From contig JAEWJH010000110.1 of the NCBI GenBank assembly GCA_023386635.1, forward strand, positions 20,044 through 84,043: DNA of 64,000 nucleotides. Reading direction: 5' to 3'. The notes beneath the pieces are model-generated. The model ran no database searches. It was not told where the DNA came from and saw only the letters and a program-made list of their open reading frames with translations. The stretch comes from Pseudomonadota bacterium. GTDB taxonomy: Bacteria; Pseudomonadota; Alphaproteobacteria; Rhizobiales; Xanthobacteraceae. The position numbers and the translations under genes are program-made. Below, one piece after another: positions 1 to 9,914 of the stretch; the stretch's first letter is position 1; each line of letters begins with the position of its first letter.

Positions 1-522
1 CATGAAATCGACCGTCACCAGCGCGGTGATATCCGCCACCGAGAAGCGATCGCCGGCGACGAATGGCCGCCCCGCCAGTTCGCGGTCGAGAATTTCCAGA
101 AACTCGAACACCTTCGGCTTGCTCGCTTCGCCGTAATCGGCGACCTGCGGCACTTCCATCTGGCTCATGGCCGGATGCAGATGCCGGAACACATTGGAGA
201 CCGGCGTGAGAAAGTGGAATTCGACCCGCCGCTCCCACATCTCGACCACCGCCCGCTCCTTCGGATCGCGCCCGAATAGCGGCGGCTCCGGCTGCAGCGC
301 CTCGAAATAGCGGCAGATCGCGATCGACTCGCCGATCACCGTGCCGTCGTCGAGTTCGAGCGCGGGGACACGCTGCACCGGATTGATCGCGCGATAGGCG
401 TCGCTCTTGTGCTGCAGGGCGCCGAGATCGATCTGTTCGGTCGGCACCGCGATCCCCTTCTCCGCGAGGAAAATGCGCACCCGGCGCGGATTGGGCGCGC
501 GGCCCCCGTCATAGAGCTTCAT
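1..522 (-). CDS. glutathione S-transferase (C-terminal part cut by window edge)
   Basis: My own minus-strand translation from ATG 520-522 gives MKLYDGGRAPNPRRVRIFLAEKGIAVPTEQIDLG..., a typical GST N-terminal domain. It is absent from the ORF track because it runs off the window. Confidence 0.7.
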   Translation of the reverse strand, partial: MKLYDGGRAPNPRRVRIFLAEKGIAVPTEQIDLGALQHKSDAYRAINPVQRVPALELDDGTVIGESIAICRYFEALQPEPPLFGRDPKERAVVEMWERRVEFHFLTPVSNVFRHLHPAMSQMEVPQVADYGEASKPKVFEFLEILDRELAGRPFVAGDRFSVADITALVTVDFM

Positions 523-678
523 CGGTTCGGTCTCCCTGTCGGACCAAGCGAACCGCGTGCTGTCCGCGCCGTCAAGCGATCCGTCAACGGATTATTAACC
601 ATCATTTCGCAGCCGAGCTTAAGGCTGCTTTTAAGGATTTGCGCGAGGTTGCAGCAGTTTATTGCGTATCCGGTGGCC

Positions 679-2250
679 ATGCCCATTCCCAGCGAATTGC
701 CCGACCTCGCGTTGCCACCGGAGAGCTCTCCGGTGAACCGGCGTCTGTCGTCGCAGCATGTGCGCGAGGCACGCGACCGGCTGACATCGACGAGCGGCAC
801 GCGACCGGCTTTCGACTACGAACTGCTGCGGCTTTACGCGCAGAACCGCATGTCCGCGTCGCTGATCATCCTGCTGCTGATCGGCACCATCGGTTTTCTG
901 TCGAGCCTCTGGACCGGTGCGGTCACCGCGGGGGCATGGATGGCCTCGGTGCTGGTGATCCATGCGGTGATCATCACCAAATGCCGCCAGTTCCTGGCCG
1001 CGCCGAACGGCGCCGCGGAAATGCGCGCCTGGCGGCTGCGCTTCATCATCCTCGACCTGTTCTACGGCCTCGCCTGGATGTTCATCCTGATCCATCCGGT
1101 GGGCGTGGACGAAAGCTCCGGCACGTTCATGCTGTTCGTCATGCTGCTGGTCGTGGCGGTGTCGAGCATGCTCGCCTCCAACCTGCCGATGGCGGTCTAT
1201 GCGGCGACCTTCCCGGTGACGGCCGCGGTGGCGCTCGACTTCCTGCTGCTCGGTTCGCTGCGCAACTATATCCTCGCGGCGATGGCGCTCGCCGCGCAGG
1301 GCTATTTCGCGCTGCTGTCGTTCCGCCTCTATTCGACGACGCTCTCGACCCTCGAGGCGCGCGCCGAGAAGGACGCGCTGATCGGCGAGCTCGAGCAATC
1401 GAAAGCAGTCTCCGACGAAGCGCGCCGGCGCGCGGAAGCGGCGAACATCTCCAAGTCGCGCTTCCTCGCGCAGATGAGCCACGAGTTGCGCACGCCGCTC
1501 AACGCCATCCTCGGCTTCTCCGAGGTGATGAAGGGCGAAATCTTCGGCGAGCACACCGTGCCTGCCTACAAGGAATATTCCGCCGACATCCACAATTCCG
1601 GCGTGCATCTGCTCGGGCTGATCAACGAGATCCTCGACCTGTCGCGCATCGAGGCCGGCCGCTACGAACTCAACGAGGAATCGATTTCGCTGACCGCCGT
1701 GGTCGAGGATTGCCACCATCTGCTCAAGCTGCGCGCCAGCAATCGCGGCATCACCATTCATGAGGCGTTCGAGGCGGACCTGCCACGGCTGTGGGCCGAC
1801 GAGCGCGCCGTGCGCCAGATCTGCCTCAACCTCCTTTCGAACGCGATCAAGTTCACGCCGCAGGGCGGGGAAATCTGGCTCAAGGTCGGCTGGACAGCCT
1901 CGGGCGGCCAGTACCTCACCTGCAAGGATTCAGGCCCGGGCATCCCCGACGAGGAAATCCCGATCGTGCTCGCCTCGTTCGGTCAGGGATCGAACTCGAT
2001 CAAGTCGGCGGAACAGGGCGCCGGCCTCGGCCTGCCCATCGCCAAGAGCCTGGTCGACCTGCACGGCGGCACCTTCTCGCTGAAGTCCAAACTGCGGATC
2101 GGCACCGAGGTGATCGTCACCTTCCCGCCGGAGCGGGTGGTCGCTGCCATGGCGCCCTTCACCGAGGAAGCGCCGCCGCTCGCCCCCGAGGCAGAGACCG
2201 AGCCCCAACAGAAGGGCAAGAAGCGGCTTCTGTTCCGCATGGGGCTCTAA
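679..2250 (+). CDS. membrane sensor histidine kinase (PleC/DivJ-type HisKA)
   Basis: ORF 409..2250. I moved the start to ATG 679 (MPIPSEL) because the upstream part overlaps the GST gene. Multiple hydrophobic segments, H-box FLAQMSHELRTPLNAILGFSE, signature YKEYSADIHNSGVHLL, ATPase boxes LLSNAIKFTP and GAGLGLPIAKSLV. Confidence 0.85.
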   Translation: MPIPSELPDLALPPESSPVNRRLSSQHVREARDRLTSTSGTRPAFDYELLRLYAQNRMSASLIILLLIGTIGFLSSLWTGAVTAGAWMASVLVIHAVIITKCRQFLAAPNGAAEMRAWRLRFIILDLFYGLAWMFILIHPVGVDESSGTFMLFVMLLVVAVSSMLASNLPMAVYAATFPVTAAVALDFLLLGSLRNYILAAMALAAQGYFALLSFRLYSTTLSTLEARAEKDALIGELEQSKAVSDEARRRAEAANISKSRFLAQMSHELRTPLNAILGFSEVMKGEIFGEHTVPAYKEYSADIHNSGVHLLGLINEILDLSRIEAGRYELNEESISLTAVVEDCHHLLKLRASNRGITIHEAFEADLPRLWADERAVRQICLNLLSNAIKFTPQGGEIWLKVGWTASGGQYLTCKDSGPGIPDEEIPIVLASFGQGSNSIKSAEQGAGLGLPIAKSLVDLHGGTFSLKSKLRIGTEVIVTFPPERVVAAMAPFTEEAPPLAPEAETEPQQKGKKRLLFRMGL

Positions 2251-2358
2251 CCGGGCGGCCCTGCCCGGCTCGTCGGCGGAATTGCTTTGCGCCGCCCGGT
2301 GCTTATGTTCGCGCAGCGAATCCATTCACAGGCCCGGCCGGCTTTTCCTGACCCTGCC

Positions 2359-2547
2359 ATGATCGAAACCCCGTGCATCCAAGTCTGCACGCTGGACCCG
2401 CGCACGGAGCTGTGCCGCGGGTGTGGGCGCACGGTGGACGAAGTCGCCGGATGGAGCCGGATGACCTCCGGGGAACGGCGGCGGATCATGGCCGAACTGC
2501 CGGAACGGCAGGCGGCGGCTTCCGCCCGTCTGGAGCGGCAAGCGTGA
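2359..2547 (+). CDS. DUF1289-type small cysteine-rich protein
   Basis: MIETPCIQVCTLDPRTELCRGCGRTVDEVAGW is the conserved CxxxC...CxGC pattern of the DUF1289 family. Start set at the internal ATG of ORF 2287..2547. Confidence 0.7.
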   Translation: MIETPCIQVCTLDPRTELCRGCGRTVDEVAGWSRMTSGERRRIMAELPERQAAASARLERQA

Positions 2548-3260
2548 CCCGCACCCTGTCTCTGATGATCGTGATCGGCGGCGCCACGGCGCTCGTCGTG
2601 TTCATGATGGCGCAGGGCCACGACCCGATCGGCGGGCTGCTGCGGCAGGACGAGATGGCCTCGCTCGGGATCAAACTGATCTGGGCCGTATTCTTCGGCG
2701 GCCTGGTGCTGGCCGCGTTCCGGGGCAAGCTGTCGCGCGCGATCGAGGCGATCTTCCTGTGGGGCCTGATCGCCGTGCTGATCGGCGTCGGCTACACCTA
2801 CCGCTACGAGCTCGGCGAGGTCGCCGACCGGGTGCTGGCGGAACTGATCCCCGGCCGCGCGGCGACCAGAGGAAATTCCGTCGAGGTGGTCCGCACCGCC
2901 GGCGGCGACTTCGCCGTCGATGCGCGCATCAACAGCGCCGCGGTGCCGATGGTGCTCGATACCGGCGCATCGAGCGTCGTGCTGACAACCGACGCGGCGC
3001 GGGATGCCGGGCTGCCGACGGCCTTTCTCAGCTATTCGGTCCGGGTCGACACCGCCAACGGCCACACCCAGGCCGCGCCGGTGACGCTCGATCGCGTGTC
3101 CATCGGCGGCATCACTGAACGCGGCGTGCCGGCGCTGATCGCGCAGCCGGGCCAGCTCAAGACCAGCCTGCTGGGCATGACGTTCCTGAACCGGCTGGAA
3201 AGCTGGGAAGTGCGCGGCACCAGACTGGTGCTGCGCGCGCATCCGGTCAAAGCGCGCTGA
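2544..3260 (+). CDS. membrane-anchored retropepsin-like (clan AA) aspartic protease, TIGR02281-like
   Basis: GTG 2544 overlaps the preceding stop. N-terminal TM segments, then FAVDARINSAAVPMVLDTGASSVVLT with the DTGA active-site motif, and the C-terminal LLGMTFLNRL motif. Confidence 0.75.
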   Translation: MTRTLSLMIVIGGATALVVFMMAQGHDPIGGLLRQDEMASLGIKLIWAVFFGGLVLAAFRGKLSRAIEAIFLWGLIAVLIGVGYTYRYELGEVADRVLAELIPGRAATRGNSVEVVRTAGGDFAVDARINSAAVPMVLDTGASSVVLTTDAARDAGLPTAFLSYSVRVDTANGHTQAAPVTLDRVSIGGITERGVPALIAQPGQLKTSLLGMTFLNRLESWEVRGTRLVLRAHPVKAR

Positions 3261-4074
3261 CCACGAACCGCGCCGAGACCAGCAGCAGGAAAATACCGAA
3301 GGCGATTTCCAGCTTGCGGCGCGGCATCCAGTGCGCGAGCTTGACGCCGTAGCCAGCCATATAGCTCGTCACCGGCGCCATCAGCACGACACCGATGATC
3401 GAGACGAAGCCGATCGACAGCGGCGGCATCTGCGACTGATACGCCAATCCGGCCAGCATGTAGCCGATCGCACCTGCGATGGTGATCGGCACGCCGATCC
3501 CGGCCGACGTCGCCACCGAATTGTGGATCGGCACGCCATGCAGCATCAGCACCGCATTGGATACAGAACCGCCGCTGACACCCATCAGCGACGCACACAG
3601 GCCGACCAGAAAGCCATAACCGGATATCGCCGGCTGTCCCGGCAATTCCTTGGCGACCTGCCAGTTGTCGTTGCCGAGGAACGATTTGATGGCGACGAAG
3701 GTGGCGATCACCGCGAACGCGATCTTGAGGAATTCGCCCGACGCCACCGCCGCGATCAGCGCGCCGATCCAGACACCGACGACGGCGGGGATGGTCCATT
3801 TGCGCACGACGTCGCGCAACGCAACGCCGCGCGCGGAATGCGCGCGATAGGACCTGATCGCGGTGGGAATGATGATCGCGAGCGACGTGCCGATGCAGAG
3901 TTGCATCCGCACATCCTCCGGCACGTGAAGGACGCGGAAGACCTCGTAGAGAACCGGGACGATGATGCCACCGCCGCCGATGCCGAACAGGCCGGCAAGC
4001 ACACCGGTGACGACACCCCCGATCAGGATCATCACCACGAGCCAGAGGATTTCGGAGAGCGGGACGCCCAGCAC
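3247..4074 (-). CDS. TSUP family (TauE/SafE-like) anion exporter
   Basis: Polytopic membrane protein with the GLFGIGGGGIIVP motif and a repeated 4-TM architecture. Start placed at GTG 4072-4074. Confidence 0.75.
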   Translation of the reverse strand: MLGVPLSEILWLVVMILIGGVVTGVLAGLFGIGGGGIIVPVLYEVFRVLHVPEDVRMQLCIGTSLAIIIPTAIRSYRAHSARGVALRDVVRKWTIPAVVGVWIGALIAAVASGEFLKIAFAVIATFVAIKSFLGNDNWQVAKELPGQPAISGYGFLVGLCASLMGVSGGSVSNAVLMLHGVPIHNSVATSAGIGVPITIAGAIGYMLAGLAYQSQMPPLSIGFVSIIGVVLMAPVTSYMAGYGVKLAHWMPRRKLEIAFGIFLLLVSARFVVSAL

Positions 4075-4108
4075 CGGGCACTCCAGGGAACGAAGGCGGA
4101 GGGAAAAA

Positions 4109-5173
4109 TTATGCCGCTGCGGTTTGCGACAAAGCCGCTTCCCTGTCCAGCGCCAAGCCCGATGACGAGCCATGCAAGACGTCGTCCGACACATGCGCCA
4201 AAGCGGCCACCAGCACGCCGGCGTCGGCCCCGGGCTTCACCCCTTCGGTGGCGAGATGACGGCGGAACGCGCGCGCGCCGGGTACCGCCCGGAACAGGCC
4301 GTGCAGATGGCGCGTGACCGAATGCAGGCGGCCACCCGAGGCCAGCACTTGCTCGATATAGGGGATCAGCGCCATGGCCGCGTCCTTGACCGTCGCGAAT
4401 GGCGCCGGCGTGCCGTACAGCACCGGATCGACGGCCAGGAGCCGCCACGGCTCCTGATAGGCCGCCCGGCCCAGCATCACGCCATCGACGTGGTCAAGAT
4501 GCGCGCGACACTCATCGAGCGTGACGACGCCGCCATTGATGGCGATCGGGAAATCCGGCATCGCCGCCTTGAGCCGATAGACGCGGTCGTAATCGAGGGG
4601 CGGGATATCGCGGTTCTCCTTCGGGGAGAGACCTTTGAGCCACGCCTTGCGGGCATGCACGATCAGCGCATCGGCGCCCGCGGCGCGCACGCGCTCGGCG
4701 ATCGCGGTCAGCGCGGCTTCGGGATCCTGATCGTCGATGCCGATGCGGCACTTCACCGTGACCGGCACGCGCACCGCCTGTTTCATCGCCGCGACACCCG
4801 CGGCAACGAGATCGGGCTCCGCCATCAGGCAGGCGCCAAACCGTCCGTCCTGCACGCGATCGGATGGGCAGCCGACATTGAGATTGATTTCGTCGTAGCC
4901 GAAGCCCTCGCCGATCCGCGCGCTCTCGGCGAGCGCCTGCGGATCGCTGCCGCCGAGCTGCAGCGCGACCGGATGCTCCGCCGGATCGTAGGCCATGAGC
5001 CGCGCGCGGTCGCCATGCAGCACGGCGCCGGTCGTCAGCATCTCGGTGTAGAGCAGCGCATGGCGCGTGAGCAGGCGATGGAAGAACCGGCAATGCCGGT
5101 CCGTCCAATCCATCATCGGGGCGACGCTGAAGCGGTGCTCCAGCGCGCGATGCGTTTCCGGCGACGCTGCCAC
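4109..5173 (-). CDS. dusA: tRNA dihydrouridine(20/20a) synthase DusA
   Basis: RFSVAPMMDWTDRHCRFFHRLLT start region and the CPSDRV catalytic Cys region. Start set at GTG 5171-5173; the upstream part of ORF 4109..5608 is not protein-like. Confidence 0.85.
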   Translation of the reverse strand: MAASPETHRALEHRFSVAPMMDWTDRHCRFFHRLLTRHALLYTEMLTTGAVLHGDRARLMAYDPAEHPVALQLGGSDPQALAESARIGEGFGYDEINLNVGCPSDRVQDGRFGACLMAEPDLVAAGVAAMKQAVRVPVTVKCRIGIDDQDPEAALTAIAERVRAAGADALIVHARKAWLKGLSPKENRDIPPLDYDRVYRLKAAMPDFPIAINGGVVTLDECRAHLDHVDGVMLGRAAYQEPWRLLAVDPVLYGTPAPFATVKDAAMALIPYIEQVLASGGRLHSVTRHLHGLFRAVPGARAFRRHLATEGVKPGADAGVLVAALAHVSDDVLHGSSSGLALDREAALSQTAAA

Positions 5174-5371
5174 GTCAAATCCCTGCTCAACGGGTCTTGG
5201 CCAAGGACCGTGACCCTGCCCGTACCTATTGAACCGGACGCCAGAAGACAACCGACCCGCCGCCGGACCGTAAACCGGCGTTCGCGTGCCCTTTGGGAAC
5301 CCGATTTCGGTGGAAATCGGGTGGTGGGATCGGCCATGGCGCGCCACATTGGCTCCTGAAGGACGAATGCC

Positions 5372-5989
5372 ATGACCAGCGCCACACCCCACCCACGCCG
5401 TAGCCAGCACTGTGTGTTTCAGACCGCCGCCGGCTACTGCGGCATCGCCTGGAACGAGGCCGGCGTGGTCCGCTTCCGGTTGCCGTCGCGCGATGCCGGA
5501 GCGGCCGAACGGCTCCTGCTGCGCGGCTTCGACAGCACGGTGGCAGCGCCGCCGCCGCAGATCGAGGCGATCATCGCCGCCGCCCGGCGCTACTTCGACG
5601 GCGAACACATCGACTTCTCAGGCATCGCTCTCGACCTCGAGGCGGAGAGCGATCTGTTCCGACGCATCTACGAGGCGCTGCGTCAGGTGCCATGGGGCCG
5701 CACGACCACTTACGGCGCGCTCGCCAAAGCCATCGGCGGCGGCCCGATGATGGCGCGCGACGTCGGCCAGGCCATGGGCAACAATCCGGTGCCGCTGATC
5801 ATTCCATGCCACCGCGTGCTCGCTGCGGGCGGCAAGACCGGCGGCTTCTCCGCACCGGGCGGCGTCGATACCAAGCTGCACATGCTCAAGCTCGAGGGTG
5901 TCGATCTTGACGCGGCACAGACCGAAACCAAATCCGCGCAGAAGCCATCACGCGCACCCGATCCCGCGCAACGCGGGTTCGGTTTCTAA
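5372..5989 (+). CDS. ogt: methylated-DNA--protein-cysteine methyltransferase
   Basis: Active-site motif IIPCHRVL, a TTYGALAKAIG helix, and an AAGGA Shine-Dalgarno upstream of ATG 5372. Confidence 0.85.
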   Translation: MTSATPHPRRSQHCVFQTAAGYCGIAWNEAGVVRFRLPSRDAGAAERLLLRGFDSTVAAPPPQIEAIIAAARRYFDGEHIDFSGIALDLEAESDLFRRIYEALRQVPWGRTTTYGALAKAIGGGPMMARDVGQAMGNNPVPLIIPCHRVLAAGGKTGGFSAPGGVDTKLHMLKLEGVDLDAAQTETKSAQKPSRAPDPAQRGFGF

Positions 5990-5995
5990 AGTTTA

Positions 5996-6883
5996 TCAGC
6001 GGAAGCCGAACAGCGCCGCCGGATTGTCGACCAGCATGCGCCGGCGGATCGTGTCATCAGGCGCGATCGCGGCGATGAGATCGACCAGCGCGCCGTCGTC
6101 CGGCACCGCCGTGTGGTTGGGATGCGGCCAGTCCGAACCCCACACCACGCGCTCCGGCGCATGCGAAGCCAATGTCCGCGCGAACGGCACGGCATCGCGA
6201 TACGGGTAGGCTTCGCGGGTGATGCGATCGGTCCCCGACAGCTTCACCCAGACATTGCCGCGATCGAGCAGCCGCCGCAATGCGACAAACGCCTTGCCAT
6301 CAAGCCCTTCCCTGATGTCGATCCGGCCGATGTGGTCGATCACCACCGGCGCGCGGATCGAGGCGATGAAGTCAGACTGCTCCAGCACGCCCTGTCCGCC
6401 CACATGGATCGCCACATGCCAGCCGAGCGGAGCGATGCGGTCGATCACAGCGCGGATCTCGTCGTAAGGCGTCGGCGCGCCCAGATGCGAGAAGAAATGA
6501 AAGCGCGCGCCGCAGACACCGGCAGCATGCATCCGGGCGATCTCGGCGTCCGTCGTTTGCGGCGTCAGCAGTCCGACGCCGCGATAACGGCCCTCTCCCG
6601 CCGCCAGCAGATCGAGCAGAACGGCATGGTCGCGGCCATGGCACGCCGACTGTACGAATACGCCACGGTCGAAGCCGAGCATGCGATGCAGCGCGAACAG
6701 CCGTTCCTTCGGCGCATCCTGCGGCGTGAAGGTTCGCTCCGGCGAGAATGGAAACACCGCGCGCGGGCCGAACACATGGAAATGCGCGTCGCAACTGCCC
6801 GGCGGCAACGCCAGACTGGGCGGGCTCGGATCGTCGAGCGGCGGCAGACAGGCCGGCGCATTGTCACCACGCGGCACGGTCAT
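5996..6883 (-). CDS. amidohydrolase-2 family hydrolase (LigI/lactonase-like)
   Basis: The CDAHFHVFGP metal-binding start motif and later HxH / DWPH motifs are typical of amidohydrolase_2. Start is ATG 6883 or GTG 6895. Confidence 0.75.
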   Translation of the reverse strand: MTVPRGDNAPACLPPLDDPSPPSLALPPGSCDAHFHVFGPRAVFPFSPERTFTPQDAPKERLFALHRMLGFDRGVFVQSACHGRDHAVLLDLLAAGEGRYRGVGLLTPQTTDAEIARMHAAGVCGARFHFFSHLGAPTPYDEIRAVIDRIAPLGWHVAIHVGGQGVLEQSDFIASIRAPVVIDHIGRIDIREGLDGKAFVALRRLLDRGNVWVKLSGTDRITREAYPYRDAVPFARTLASHAPERVVWGSDWPHPNHTAVPDDGALVDLIAAIAPDDTIRRRMLVDNPAALFGFR

Positions 6884-6885
6884 GA

Positions 6886-7686
<801 letters not shown>

Positions 7687-7687
7687 G

Positions 7688-8668
7688 CTATTTCTCGGTG
7701 GGAACGCCGGCGTCCTTGATCACCTTCGCCCATTTCTTGATTTCGGATTCGATGAAGGCGCGGAACTGCTCCGGCTTGTCGCCAACCAGCGTCGCGCCCT
7801 GGGCCGCAAGCTTTTCCTTCACGGCCGGATCTTTCATCGCCTCGGCCGCGGCCTGATTGAGCTTGGCGATGATCGCCGGCGGCGTCTTCGCCGGCGCGAC
7901 CATGCCGTACCAGTTCTCGGTCTGCAGATCGGGCATACCGACTTCCGTCGTGGTCGGCACGTCCTTGGCGCTCGGCACACGCTGCGGCGCGCCGAGGGCA
8001 ATCGGCTTCAGCTTGCCGGCGTTCACCTGCGGCAGCAGCACCGGGAGATCGAGGAACACCATCTGCACCTGCTGGCCGAGCAGATCGTTCACCGCCGGCG
8101 CGGCACCGCGATACGGCACATGGACGATGTCGATCTTCGCCGTCAGCTTGAACAACTCGCCGGCGAGATGCGGCAGGCTGCCGGGCCCTGACGACGCGAA
8201 ATTGAGCTTACCCGGCTGCGACTTCGCCAGTGCGACCAACTCCTTCATGTTGTTGGCGGGCACGCTCGTTGCCACCACCAGCATTTCCGGAACCTTGGCG
8301 ACCAGAGTCACTGGCGCCAGATCCTTGAGCGTGTCGTAAGCGATCTTCTGCATGCTCGGGCTGATGGCGAGCGCGCCGGCACTCGTCACAGCGATTGTGT
8401 AGCCGTCGGGCTCGGCCTTGGCGACCATGTCGGTGCCGATCACGCCGCCCTGCCCGCCGCGATTGTCGATCAGCACCGGCTGCTTGAGGATGTCGGCCAT
8501 CTTCTGGCCGACCGCGCGCGCGATGATGTCGTTCGGACCGCCCGCCGGGAACGGCACGATCAGCTTGATCGGCTTGCTCGGGAAATCCTGCGCCGCCGCC
8601 AGCGCCGGCAGCAGCGCCACAGCCAATCCGGTGAGCCAAAAGCCGAGCGACGTCTTGAGTGGTTTCAT
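7688..8668 (-). CDS. Bug/TctC family tripartite tricarboxylate transporter substrate-binding protein
   Basis: Signal peptide ending ALAAAQDFPSKPIKLIVPFPAGG, the hallmark N-terminus of the Bug family. Confidence 0.85.
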   Translation of the reverse strand: MKPLKTSLGFWLTGLAVALLPALAAAQDFPSKPIKLIVPFPAGGPNDIIARAVGQKMADILKQPVLIDNRGGQGGVIGTDMVAKAEPDGYTIAVTSAGALAISPSMQKIAYDTLKDLAPVTLVAKVPEMLVVATSVPANNMKELVALAKSQPGKLNFASSGPGSLPHLAGELFKLTAKIDIVHVPYRGAAPAVNDLLGQQVQMVFLDLPVLLPQVNAGKLKPIALGAPQRVPSAKDVPTTTEVGMPDLQTENWYGMVAPAKTPPAIIAKLNQAAAEAMKDPAVKEKLAAQGATLVGDKPEQFRAFIESEIKKWAKVIKDAGVPTEK

Positions 8669-8782
8669 CCGATCCTCCCTGGATAATCTTGTTGTGTTGT
8701 TGAACGCAGACTAACGCGGGCCAGGATTCAGGGGAAGTTTCCGGGCGATATCATTTCGGCATGGGAAGCGAGTGGAGTGATG

Positions 8783-9718
8783 TCACGCAGCGATCCAGTG
8801 CGACCCGCTCCAGCGGCGACCGCGCACCATATCGCGTGCGATGCCAAACAGCGCGGCTGTCGTCTCCTCGGTGAGACGCGGCTGCACGCCTGTCAGCGTG
8901 ACCAGGGTGACATTCGTCGACAGGACCGGCCGCATGATCGCAAACGCCGCGAGACGTCCCCGCGCAACCTCTTCCTCAACGGCCGCGTAAGTGAGGATCG
9001 TGTAACCAAGCCCGTCCTCGACCATCGCCTTGGCGAAAGCGACGCTGTCGATCTCGATCTTGATGCGCAGCCGCACGCCATGTTCGAGCGCGGCCTGCTC
9101 CACCAGACGGCGATTGTTGTGCGCGAGGCTCGGCAGGATCAGCGGCAGATCGCCGAGATCGCGGATGCGATAAGTCCGTTCACGCGCGGCGTCAGTCGGG
9201 CCGGCGGGCGGCCCGATCAGCCACATCCGCTCCTGCAGAATGGGCCTGATATTCAAGGTATCCAGCGGCGGCGGATTATGCAGCACCGCCACGTCGAGGC
9301 GCTTGTCCAGCAGCCATTCCTGCAAGGTCGACGTGACACCCTCGCGAATGTGCAACGACGTCTGCGGACGCTCCGTCTGGAAATGGCGCACCAGCGGCGG
9401 GATCAGCAAACGACCGGCCGCGGGCGGCACACCGACCGTGACGCGGCCACCCGCCGGCGCGCGGTCCTCACGGATATCGTCGCCGGTCTGGCGCACCAGA
9501 TGGGCGATGGCCTCGGCCCGCTCCAGCAGCATCGAGCCGGCCGTCGTCAGACGTACGCCGCGGCCGTGCCGCGCTAACAGCGGCACGCCGAGTTCACGTT
9601 CGAGCTTGGCGATCTGGCGGCTGAGCGCCGGCTGCGCCAGCCGCAATTCCTGCGCGGCGCGGCTGAAACTCCCAGCCCGCGCGACGCGCGCGAAATGCCG
9701 CAATTCCTTCAATTCCAT
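8783..9718 (-). CDS. LysR family transcriptional regulator
   Basis: N-terminal wHTH MELKELRHFARVARAGSFSRAAQELRLAQPALSRQIAKLE. Upstream of, and on the same strand as, the TctC/SDR/amidohydrolase genes; divergent only from the CDF gene (9915 +). Confidence 0.9.
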   Translation of the reverse strand: MELKELRHFARVARAGSFSRAAQELRLAQPALSRQIAKLERELGVPLLARHGRGVRLTTAGSMLLERAEAIAHLVRQTGDDIREDRAPAGGRVTVGVPPAAGRLLIPPLVRHFQTERPQTSLHIREGVTSTLQEWLLDKRLDVAVLHNPPPLDTLNIRPILQERMWLIGPPAGPTDAARERTYRIRDLGDLPLILPSLAHNNRRLVEQAALEHGVRLRIKIEIDSVAFAKAMVEDGLGYTILTYAAVEEEVARGRLAAFAIMRPVLSTNVTLVTLTGVQPRLTEETTAALFGIARDMVRGRRWSGSHWIAA

Positions 9719-9726
9719 GGCTCGTC

Positions 9727-9753
9727 CGTCCTATGCCACTTCGGCATAGGACG
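9727..9753. promoter_or_regulatory. 27-bp perfect palindrome (putative LTTR operator)
   Basis: CGTCCTATGCC-ACTTC-GGCATAGGACG has 11-bp perfect arms and contains a T-N11-A core (TGCCACTTCGGCA). It lies 9 bp upstream of the LysR start. Confidence 0.5.
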
Positions 9754-9914
9754 ATGGTGGCGGAACGACGGCGGCTTCGCAACGCCGGCCGCTGTTTGCG
9801 CTGAGAATAAGTCGCAACCGCAAGAGCCCGGTGTCGTTGACGCGCCGGAGCGGTCCCGCTAGGCGATGCGAACGAACCGATGCCAGCAAGCTGAAACCAA
9901 CCGCAGAACCGCCG

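Noticed and set aside
409-678. N-terminal 90 codons of the 613-aa kinase ORF
   Set aside because: It overlaps the 5' end of the oppositely oriented GST gene and looks non-protein-like. ATG 679 is the more plausible start.
2247-3242. 331-aa minus-strand ORF over the DUF1289 and aspartic protease genes
   Set aside because: Low-complexity Arg/Gly/His translation. The plus-strand genes carry recognisable motifs (the CxxC cluster and DTGA).
5174-5371. dusA 5' end as an integration hotspot for dusA-specific integrative elements
   Set aside because: No integrase, att-like duplication or foreign DNA is present. dusA is followed directly by ogt.
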